64,000 nucleotides of DNA from Candidatus Latescibacterota bacterium (GTDB lineage Bacteria > Latescibacterota > UBA2968 > UBA8231): positions 256,001 through 320,000 of the forward strand of contig CBDAOB010000004.1 of the NCBI GenBank assembly GCA_965197905.1. Reading direction: 5' to 3'. Positions 26,836 to 34,921 of the stretch are shown piece after piece (the first letter of the stretch is position 1; each line of letters begins with the position of its first letter). The notes beneath the pieces are model-generated. The model was not told the origin of the DNA, ran no database searches, and saw nothing but the letters and a program-made list of their open reading frames with translations. Made by a program: the position numbers and the translations under genes.

Positions 26836-27553
26836 AATCGATTCCTTCCCGTTGGGCGACGGCGAGGTATTCGCGACCGTAGCGGCGACCGAATTCTCGC
26901 AACGACGTCGAGTCGAAATGTACGAAATCACCCTTGTCTTCCAGCCCCTTCGATGAGACGAATCCGGCGGCGGGCAACGTCTCCGCCGCCCGTTTCAAGG
27001 CATCGTTGACCATCTGACAACCCGCGAAGAGGGTCTCCCCGTCGTTATGGCTGGTCAGGAAACGTCCGAGCTCACCGACAATCACAGGGATCGGTTGGGA
27101 CCCTCCCAGATCTCGCCGCAGGGCGCCGATCATGGCGGCAAAGCGATCGAAATAGGTCTCTGCAAGTTCAGAAGAGCGCGAATCACCCTCCCCCTGGTGC
27201 CACAAGATGCCCTTTATGGCGCCAGCTGACTGCGCGGTGCGTGCCTGTTGCAGAGCCCGCAAATGCAGATCCGCTCCCTCCTCCCATCGTTCGAGAGGAG
27301 TGCCACCTTCTGCACAAGGAATCAGACCGATCCTCACCTCATCGTTGCCCTCGATCAGCTCCAGCGCGAAGGTCATACCCAGTCCGATGCCAAGACCCTC
27401 CCGGTTGTCGTGCAACGGTTCCGCGGCGGTCTGCCAACCGTCGTTTCTGAATGCCTGGATGTTTTGGTGAGACAGGGGCTCCACACCTGCCAGCGGAGCG
27501 CGGCCCACCATGTTTGACTGACCCATCAGGAGGAAGATGTTCAGATCGTTCAT
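26822..27553 (-). CDS. Sialate O-acetylesterase (SASA/SGNH domain)
   Basis: LMGQSNMVGR, GLIPCAEGGT, ILWHQGEGD, DFVHF. Confidence 0.9.
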   Translation of the reverse strand: MNDLNIFLLMGQSNMVGRAPLAGVEPLSHQNIQAFRNDGWQTAAEPLHDNREGLGIGLGMTFALELIEGNDEVRIGLIPCAEGGTPLERWEEGADLHLRALQQARTAQSAGAIKGILWHQGEGDSRSSELAETYFDRFAAMIGALRRDLGGSQPIPVIVGELGRFLTSHNDGETLFAGCQMVNDALKRAAETLPAAGFVSSKGLEDKGDFVHFDSTSLREFGRRYGREYLAVAQREGIDFENR

Positions 27554-27660
27554 TCGGCAGCCTCCAACTTACATCCGGTTGCGGCAATTGGTCGTCCATT
27601 CTTGACCCGCCCATGAATTCGGTCCTACTTTCCTTCGGTGTAGGATCAAAGGAAGCGCTA

Positions 27661-28512
27661 ATGCTTTTCAATTTCAAATATCTCGCAATTAAAAGGTTCG
27701 GAGAGAGCCTCGAGTCCGACTACAAAGACGCCTACGGAGAGCTCGAGCCCGACTACAGTAGTTTCATCAACTGGGTGGGGCGCTTTGCGCTGGAGAACAT
27801 CGCCAACTCTGACATGCTCTACCACGATGTGGAGCACACCATGTTGGTGACCACCGTCGGTCAGCAGATCCTGATCGGAAAACATCTGATTGAAGGTGGC
27901 GTATCCCCGAAAGAGTGGGCGCATTTCATCACGGCGCTGCTGTGCCACGACATTGGTTACGTGCGTGGAATCTGCCGCGGCGATGGTGATGGACGATGTG
28001 CCACCGGCGTAAGTGATGAAACCGTCGACCTGCCCGCGGACGCGACGGATGCCTTTCTGACACCGTATCATGTCGACCGCGGAAAACAGTTTGTCCGCGA
28101 GCGCTTTGGCGGGAAGACACTACTCACGATCGATCCCGAAATCGTGGCAGATTACATCGAAACGACACGTTTCCCCCCGTTGAATGGGGGCGACGAGGAC
28201 ACAAAGAGCTACGGCGGGTTACTAAGGTCCGCCGATTTTATAGGTCAGCTTGGCGATCCCGACTACCTGCGCAAGATTCCCGCACTTTATTACGAGTTCG
28301 AACAGGTTGGGCAGAACGCTGAACTCGGATACCATTCACCGGGTGACATGCGCAGCAGTTTCGCCAAATTCTTCTGGACTCAAGTGAGCCCGTACATCCA
28401 GGACGCCACGCGTTATCTGCAGGTCACTCAGGATGGAAAACAGTGGCTCGCCACTCTGCACGCCCATGTCTTTCAGGTCGAACACGGCGGCCGTGGGATA
28501 ACCCACCCCTAA
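27661..28512 (+). CDS. HD-domain metal-dependent phosphohydrolase-like protein
   Basis: LYHDVEHT, LLCHDIGY, PYHVDRG, ADFIGQLGDP. Confidence 0.82.
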   Translation: MLFNFKYLAIKRFGESLESDYKDAYGELEPDYSSFINWVGRFALENIANSDMLYHDVEHTMLVTTVGQQILIGKHLIEGGVSPKEWAHFITALLCHDIGYVRGICRGDGDGRCATGVSDETVDLPADATDAFLTPYHVDRGKQFVRERFGGKTLLTIDPEIVADYIETTRFPPLNGGDEDTKSYGGLLRSADFIGQLGDPDYLRKIPALYYEFEQVGQNAELGYHSPGDMRSSFAKFFWTQVSPYIQDATRYLQVTQDGKQWLATLHAHVFQVEHGGRGITHP

Positions 28513-28526
28513 TCCTAAAGCCCAAC

Positions 28527-28541
28527 TTTACACTTCTTTAC
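28527..28541 (+). promoter_or_regulatory. CpxR/OmpR-family direct-repeat binding site
   Basis: TTTAC-ACTTC-TTTAC, the reverse complement of GTAAA-N5-GTAAA, upstream of the cpxP-like gene; candidate -10 TAAGTT at 28574-28579. Confidence 0.65.
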
Positions 28542-28629
28542 AACAGAGACAAACTTCCGAAATCCGGGACTCCTAAGTTGAGTATCGAGGATCGCAATGA
28601 AGCGGGACCTCACGACGAAGGAGCAAATC

Positions 28630-29109
28630 ATGTTAGGCATAAACGGACGGAAGCTGGGAATCGGGGTCGCTGTTGTAGGTCTAGTGGGCGCCATGTTTGC
28701 CGGATGCGGTCACCGGGGTGGTCGCGGACACTCCTGGTTCCACAGTCATGGGGACCGCCTCGAAAGTGCGGAAAAGGCGCGCGAGCACGTGGGGGAAGCG
28801 GCCGAGTGGATGTTGGGGAAGGTGGACGCGACGGAACAACAAACCGCGGAAGTGCAGCGCATTCTAGACGGCTCGGTTGAACCCATGATGGAGTTGGCAC
28901 GCCAACATCGCGGGCATCGCGAGGCTCTGATCGAGATTCTCTCCGCTCCCGAGATCGATCGCAAACGGCTCGAAGAGATTCGCCTCGAGGAGATGCAGGT
29001 GGCTGACGCTGCCTCCCGCCGCCTGCTTGAGACGTTTGCCGACGCGGCAGACGTTTTGAGCCCCAAGCAACGCCGAGGACTGGCCAAACGCGCCAGTCGC
29101 CATCACTAA
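28630..29109 (+). CDS. Spy/CpxP-family periplasmic adaptor (possible lipoprotein)
   Basis: Signal with lipobox-like FAGC; LTxxQ-like motifs ATEQQ and LSPKQR; His-rich; AAGGAG SD. Confidence 0.8.
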   Translation: MLGINGRKLGIGVAVVGLVGAMFAGCGHRGGRGHSWFHSHGDRLESAEKAREHVGEAAEWMLGKVDATEQQTAEVQRILDGSVEPMMELARQHRGHREALIEILSAPEIDRKRLEEIRLEEMQVADAASRRLLETFADAADVLSPKQRRGLAKRASRHH

Positions 29110-29132
29110 CCTTCACGCCTCAATTCGCCGCC

Positions 29133-29837
29133 ATGTGCACGCGCGTTCTCATGATCGAAGACGACGAGGGCCTGTCGGCCATGGTCGCGGAGTACCTCGC
29201 ACCTTTCGGCATGGAAGTCACGCCTGCGACACGAGCCGCAGACGGATTGGAACTCTTACACCAAGGTTCCTTTGATCTCCTCCTCTTGGACGTGATGCTG
29301 CCAGACCAGGATGGCTTCGAGGTCTGCCGTCATGTGCGGGCCGAGTCCGACGTGCCGATCCTCATGCTCACCGCCCGAGGTGATGAGACGGATCGGATCG
29401 TCGGTCTTGAGCTTGGCGCTGACGATTATCTCCCGAAGCCGTTCAATCCGCGCGAACTCCTGGCTCGCATGCGTGCGATTATCCGTCGCCGTGCCATCCC
29501 TGGCACCGCTTCCGCCACACATTCGCGTTTTGGACGTCTGGAGATAGATCGGGACGCGCGCGTTGCCCGCATCGACGGTCAGTCGCGTGAACTGACGGGC
29601 CACCAGTTCGACCTGTTGTGCGCGCTGGCCGAGAACGCCGGCCGCGTCATGTCCCGCGACACCTTGATGAACTACGTCAGGGGTCACGACATCGAGGCGT
29701 TCGACCGCAGTATCGACGTTCATATCTCGCGGATTCGCACGGTGCTGGAAGATGATCCCAAACAACCGCGGCGAATCCTGACGGTACGCGGCGTCGGATA
29801 CGTCTTTGCCCGGCACCAGGATGAGGCCGGCGATTGA
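29133..29837 (+). CDS. OmpR/CpxR-family response regulator
   Basis: IEDD, LLDVMLP, MLTARG, GADDYLPKPF, RSIDVHISRIR, TVRGVGY. Confidence 0.95.
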   Translation: MCTRVLMIEDDEGLSAMVAEYLAPFGMEVTPATRAADGLELLHQGSFDLLLLDVMLPDQDGFEVCRHVRAESDVPILMLTARGDETDRIVGLELGADDYLPKPFNPRELLARMRAIIRRRAIPGTASATHSRFGRLEIDRDARVARIDGQSRELTGHQFDLLCALAENAGRVMSRDTLMNYVRGHDIEAFDRSIDVHISRIRTVLEDDPKQPRRILTVRGVGYVFARHQDEAGD

Positions 29838-31111
29838 TGAAACGCAGACTCTACCTGCAGATCTATCTCACCTTCGTGGGCATTCTGGTGCTTTTCTGTG
29901 TGTTGCTTTCGTTGGCCTGGATGTTTGTTCCCCACGGTGCTGAGGAGTTACGGGCTTTTGAAGGAGCCGAAGCGGTCCTGGGTGAATTGCTGCCAGGGTC
30001 GGAACGCTCAAACGAGGAGCTGCAAGCCGTACTCGAACGGCTGCGGGAGCGGTTGCCGCTGCATCTGGCCGTGCATGGACCTCACGGGAGGCTGCTTGCA
30101 GCCGTCGGCGATCGGCTGCCGCCACCGCGCAGTGGGCGCACCCAGAGCGGCTGGATGCGATCCCGCGGTGAAGGTACTACTGTGGCAGTACGCCTTCCTG
30201 GCGAACGCTGGCTGGTGGCACGCCATGGTCCACACGGACCGGGGTTTGCCGGCGGTTGGCTGGGTGGTCTGGCGCTGCTGGCGGTCGCCATCGCCGTGGG
30301 CGCATATCCTCTGGTGCGGCGAACGACTCGGCGCCTGGAGCGGCTCCAGGATCGGGTCGAGCAGTTGGGAAAGGGGGAGCTGGCAACACGCGTGGAGGTG
30401 GAAGGCAACGACGAGGTTGCCGACCTGGCTCGGAGTTTCAACCGGGCAGCAGGACGCATCGAACAGCTGGTGAACGCCCAACGTGGCCTGTTGGCCAGTG
30501 CCTCTCACGAACTGCGTTCACCGTTGGCCCGCATCCGCGTTGCCATCGAATTGCTCGCGAGCGATGCAAACCACGAACTGCGAGATCAGGTGGCCAAGGA
30601 TATTGCCGAGTTAGACGAACTGATTGGCGAGGTTCTGTTTGCCAGTCGCCTGGACTCCCTCGATCAATTGGAACAATCAGAGGAAGTGGATCTGCTCGCG
30701 CTGCTTGCCGAAGAGGCGGCGCGAGAGAGTGTCAGCGTTGCCGGGGATCCGGTCACGATTTCCGGCGATCGCCGCATGTTGAGCCGCCTTATCCGCAATC
30801 TGCTACAAAACGGCAAACGCTACGGTGGCGGATCGGATATTGAAGCCTCGGTGGAGGCCGATAAAGGGGAGGCGCTGCTCAGAATCTGCGACCGAGGTCC
30901 GGGCGTGCCCGAAGGCGAGCGCGAATGCATCTTCGAGCCGTACTATCGCCTCGCCGGCACCGGCGAACATTCCGGAGGTGGAGTTGGCCTCGGTTTGTCC
31001 ATCGTGCGTCAGATCGCCCGTCATCACGGCGGCGAAGCCTGCTGTTTGCCACGAAGGGAAGGGGGGATCTGTTTCGAGGTGTCACTGCCGTTACGATCCG
31101 ATCATCGGTAG
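29834..31111 (+). CDS. Sensor histidine kinase (2 TM, HAMP, HisKA, HATPase)
   Basis: ASHELRSPL, RNLLQNG, DRGPGV, GLGLSIV. Confidence 0.95.
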   Translation: MMKRRLYLQIYLTFVGILVLFCVLLSLAWMFVPHGAEELRAFEGAEAVLGELLPGSERSNEELQAVLERLRERLPLHLAVHGPHGRLLAAVGDRLPPPRSGRTQSGWMRSRGEGTTVAVRLPGERWLVARHGPHGPGFAGGWLGGLALLAVAIAVGAYPLVRRTTRRLERLQDRVEQLGKGELATRVEVEGNDEVADLARSFNRAAGRIEQLVNAQRGLLASASHELRSPLARIRVAIELLASDANHELRDQVAKDIAELDELIGEVLFASRLDSLDQLEQSEEVDLLALLAEEAARESVSVAGDPVTISGDRRMLSRLIRNLLQNGKRYGGGSDIEASVEADKGEALLRICDRGPGVPEGERECIFEPYYRLAGTGEHSGGGVGLGLSIVRQIARHHGGEACCLPRREGGICFEVSLPLRSDHR

Positions 31112-32247
31112 GGCAATGGAGCCGGGTCCAGCCATTCGCAGATTCGGTCCTTGACGGACCAGGCAAAGAAGAAATTCCCCGCCGGCGAATGATGTCCGTT
31201 GTAAAACTTTTCCAGATATCCCTCGATTCCGTCATTGCTAGTGGAAAAGTCCTGACGAAACGCGTCCCTGAGATCCAATACCTGATATGTTTTGTCTCGC
31301 ACCCAATCCAGAAAGCTCTGATCGAAAAGAGGTTCGTCCTTCAACGCGGCAGCCATGCTCTTGCGGCCAAATGAGAGAATGAGCATCAGCTTCTTTTCGT
31401 GCTCCTTGGCGAACCTCTCGGTCAGGGAGACCACATGTTTGGTCGCGAACAGGGCCGCTTCGGTGTATAGCTGGTACACTCGGGCATCTGTGCCGGCGTT
31501 GGCGCGCTGAGCAGACGATCCCTTCTTCTTCGCCAATTCCGAATCGCTCTCGCTTGTTTCCTTGGCTATGATTCCATGCAGGATCGGATCCTCTCCGAAG
31601 GTCTGCCACACCCAGTCGGGATCGCAGAGCCGATAGACCTCGTCTCCAGTCAGGCACGGGTTGTCTTCTTCCTTACAGGTCCCCTCCTCAACATTTACCC
31701 GCAGGTGGGGCAGGGTGAACCTACCCTGGCGCCGGGCGCGAATCGAGCGCCAGGCATCCAGATTGCGGTAGTGATCGTCATCCCAGATGTTCAGGATCAG
31801 GTACTCTGCGGGGGTTTGTGCTTCGACCTTGAGCATGCGACGATACGCCTGATACACGCTGTAGCCGCCGACGCCGAAATTCCGGATTGGCTCCTGGAGG
31901 TGTGCCGCCAGGTACTCCTGCCACGATTCGCCGTCGCTGACCTGATCGCAGTGGGTGTAGCTGTTGCCGTAGGTGTGAATCCTACTGGCGCGATCCGGAA
32001 AATTGACCATGCGCCGCGCGCCGTTGGGCTCGTAGTTGTAGAAGGTCCACGACCCGTCCACTCCGTCTGAACGCACCCCGTCAGTAAGGACCCAGCCCAG
32101 CTCCGGATCGTAGGTGGAGAGGGCGTTGTTGCACATGATGCCTCCCAGATCGATCGGCGCGGCAGCCGCAGCGGTTCGGGGGCGAATAAAGTGGTGGACC
32201 ATTTCCCGCGTCGGCATGATCGATTGTAGGAAAGTCCTGGCTTCCAT
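31102..32247 (-). CDS. SGNH/GDSL-hydrolase-like hypothetical protein
   Basis: YGNSYT, NFGVGGY, C-terminal GHHSPAGN; GGAGG SD. Confidence 0.6.
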   Translation of the reverse strand: MEARTFLQSIMPTREMVHHFIRPRTAAAAAPIDLGGIMCNNALSTYDPELGWVLTDGVRSDGVDGSWTFYNYEPNGARRMVNFPDRASRIHTYGNSYTHCDQVSDGESWQEYLAAHLQEPIRNFGVGGYSVYQAYRRMLKVEAQTPAEYLILNIWDDDHYRNLDAWRSIRARRQGRFTLPHLRVNVEEGTCKEEDNPCLTGDEVYRLCDPDWVWQTFGEDPILHGIIAKETSESDSELAKKKGSSAQRANAGTDARVYQLYTEAALFATKHVVSLTERFAKEHEKKLMLILSFGRKSMAAALKDEPLFDQSFLDWVRDKTYQVLDLRDAFRQDFSTSNDGIEGYLEKFYNGHHSPAGNFFFAWSVKDRICEWLDPAPLPYR

Positions 32248-32298
32248 AAAACCTCCGTAGCATCTTTCTCCGTACTACCATAAGCCTACGATCATTCG

Positions 32299-33696
32299 AT
32301 GACGCCACAACAAACGAACCCTGCCGCGAGAATGACCCTGGAGCTGCCGGCGTGGAGAACTGTGGCACCTGGTCTCCAGCAGGTTGCGGTTTCTCTTCTC
32401 GATCTGGGGGGCGGACCCGTCTCTGACGCAACCGTTTTCGCAACGGGCGACGTGGCTTGTCTGCCGTTCCAACTTCAGGAGGACAACAGCGGCAGCTACT
32501 CTGGAACGATCCGGATCCCACCCGACGTTGACGGCATGCGCCGAACTATTCAGTTATCGGCCCGCCGCGAGGAGTTTCACGAGACGTTTGCAACCCTCAG
32601 TTTTTTCATCGAGGACCCGACCTGGGTGGTGCGCAACGATCACGTGGAGCGGCAGCTTCTCGCGTGGGAGCGACAGTACCCAGATCTGTTAACTCTTGAG
32701 TCGTTCGTCACCTTCGAAGGGTATCCCACCTACTCCGCACAGCTCACAAACGGCAACATCGACGACGACCGCAAGAAGAAGCTGCTCTTTGTGGAGTCCC
32801 ATGGGCACGAACCGGCGGGAACGGCTGCCATCATGGAGTTGTTGCATCAGCTGCTAACCGGCTCTTCGCAGAGCGGAGAGCAATCCTCGCTTTCTGTTGA
32901 GCGCATCTTCGATGAGCTGCTCTTGATATTCGTCCCCATCGGCAACGCCAGCGGCCGCGAACGGTGTCCCGTGCAGTACTGGGCCGATCAGTACGACGAC
33001 CACGCGGTCCATTGTTTTATCTACGGAAAGCTAGAAGGGGATCCCCAGCCGTGGACAAAGTCACCGTCGGTGCTCGACCGCAGGCAAGTCAAGCTCGATC
33101 CGACCTACCCGACGCCGTTGCGCTACGAGCAGATCGATGACGACAGGTTCGTGGAGCCGTTCTTCGCTATGTTGCCTCCGGTGCCGGGAGAGTTGCCGTT
33201 TCCCCCGTCGCGGTTCCATGAGCTGTTGTCGGAACCGGAGAAGGAACCGGGGTACCGATCCGCGTTGGGTTATTTCGTCAAGACTTTTCTCGACCGTTAC
33301 GAGTTCGCGACCGCGGTCGATCTGCACCAGATGACCAAACCCGGGGACTCGGCGATGGTGTTGGCGCGGGCGGAGGGCAGAGCGGGGTACGACCAAAGCA
33401 GTTTGCAGCGAACCCATCGGATCGCCTCCAGGATCGAAGCGGACTGGCTCGAGAACGGGTGGCAGGTGGGGGACGAGAACCGCCTGCGGCTGACGCTGGA
33501 TGACCAGTGGCCACTGAACATCACCGACTTCATTCATCTCTATGGAAAGGGGAATCCAGCCAGCTTCATGGTCGAGGTGACCAAGGGACCGGGCACAACA
33601 AAGCAGATGCAGAAGGCGCTGTCGCTCAGCGCCATAACCAGCACCATCAACTATTCGCTGGATCATGCGACTTCGAGTGTCGGTGGATCTCTGTAG
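32299..33696 (+). CDS. M14 zinc-carboxypeptidase-like protein
   Basis: HGHEPAG (HxxE), VPIGNASG, VDLHQ, FMVEV. Confidence 0.65.
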   Translation: MTPQQTNPAARMTLELPAWRTVAPGLQQVAVSLLDLGGGPVSDATVFATGDVACLPFQLQEDNSGSYSGTIRIPPDVDGMRRTIQLSARREEFHETFATLSFFIEDPTWVVRNDHVERQLLAWERQYPDLLTLESFVTFEGYPTYSAQLTNGNIDDDRKKKLLFVESHGHEPAGTAAIMELLHQLLTGSSQSGEQSSLSVERIFDELLLIFVPIGNASGRERCPVQYWADQYDDHAVHCFIYGKLEGDPQPWTKSPSVLDRRQVKLDPTYPTPLRYEQIDDDRFVEPFFAMLPPVPGELPFPPSRFHELLSEPEKEPGYRSALGYFVKTFLDRYEFATAVDLHQMTKPGDSAMVLARAEGRAGYDQSSLQRTHRIASRIEADWLENGWQVGDENRLRLTLDDQWPLNITDFIHLYGKGNPASFMVEVTKGPGTTKQMQKALSLSAITSTINYSLDHATSSVGGSL

Positions 33697-33841
33697 CAAT
33701 CGAATGCTGTACGACGAAGGCACAGGGTCTCCCCGTTGTTCAGTCGATGGCCGAATTGCGGCCAGGCGAACGGCAAAGGCATATCATCGACGAGGTTGCA
33801 TGGCCCAGGCGAGACCCTTTTCATCAGGCAGGAGTAATAAT

Positions 33842-34681
33842 ATGGGAACCGCACCACCCGCATCCGCGGTAGGCCGCTACGAGGGCCGCTTCGAAAGGAT
33901 CGAAACTCCGGCCCTGAACACGGCCGTGCCAGCCGATGATCGACTCATCGCGTGGGAGTCGCAGCTTTACGACATCGGATACGCGGTCATCCCCGACGCG
34001 TTGCCGGAGCCGGCGGTCGAGCATTTTCGCGAGCGCCTCATCTCGTTCGAACCCTCCGCCGGCTATTTCTCATCCTCTCTGGTTCGTCTGTTCGAGAAGG
34101 GCATGGACTTCGTTGACCTGCTGCTGAACCAGCCAGTCTTCTCGCTCATGCAGCGCATCCTGGGAGAACGCATGCACATCATCAGCATGCAGGGGCACCG
34201 GACCTTCGCGGGCAACGAGCTGTCGGGCTTTCACTCCGACGAAATCTACGTCCAGCGGCCCGACGACGTCGGCGATGAGGTCGAATACCCATCTGTCGTC
34301 AATGCGATCAACTGCCATTACTACCTGGTGGATGTGCCGGAGGAATTGGGGCCGACGCAGGTGGTGCCCGGCAGCCATCGCGCCTGCCGGGTGCCGCGCC
34401 CCGATGACGGCGATCCGCCACAGTGGCAGGGGCAGGGTCCGGTGTCCCTGACCTGCAACGCGGGCGATTGCGTCATGTACAGCAACCAGGCTTGGCATCA
34501 AGGGGCACGCAACCGGACCGACCGCCTGCGGCTGTCGGTCATGCCCACTTACGCCCGTCGCTTCGTGGCACAGCGCTTCTGGCCGTTCCTCAACTACACG
34601 CTGTCGCGGGACATCCTGGATCACTGCTCGCCGCACCAACGCGAGCTATTGGGCGAGCATCCGCGGGCGACGTACGGGTGA
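33842..34681 (+). CDS. PhyH family dioxygenase
   Basis: GYAVIPD, FHSD, GPTQVVPGSH, WHQG..N; AGGAG SD. Confidence 0.87.
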   Translation: MGTAPPASAVGRYEGRFERIETPALNTAVPADDRLIAWESQLYDIGYAVIPDALPEPAVEHFRERLISFEPSAGYFSSSLVRLFEKGMDFVDLLLNQPVFSLMQRILGERMHIISMQGHRTFAGNELSGFHSDEIYVQRPDDVGDEVEYPSVVNAINCHYYLVDVPEELGPTQVVPGSHRACRVPRPDDGDPPQWQGQGPVSLTCNAGDCVMYSNQAWHQGARNRTDRLRLSVMPTYARRFVAQRFWPFLNYTLSRDILDHCSPHQRELLGEHPRATYG

Positions 34682-34921
34682 GGAAGGTACAGCGTCTGCT
34701 ATCGCCTCGAAGTCGTGTCGCTCGTTGTAATTACTCCATGCCGTCAAATGCCGGTTTTGGATGGGGTCGGGCGCGCGCGATCGGCGGCGCGAGAGGGCAA
34801 GCCGATGCTGTGAAGACAGTTTTGGATCGCAATGCGTGCCGGTGAGCGGCAATGTCTCTTCGCTAGGGTGTTGGCAGCAAAGCTGCGGCACTGCACATCT
34901 GTTTAAGAAAGCTGTCCTATT

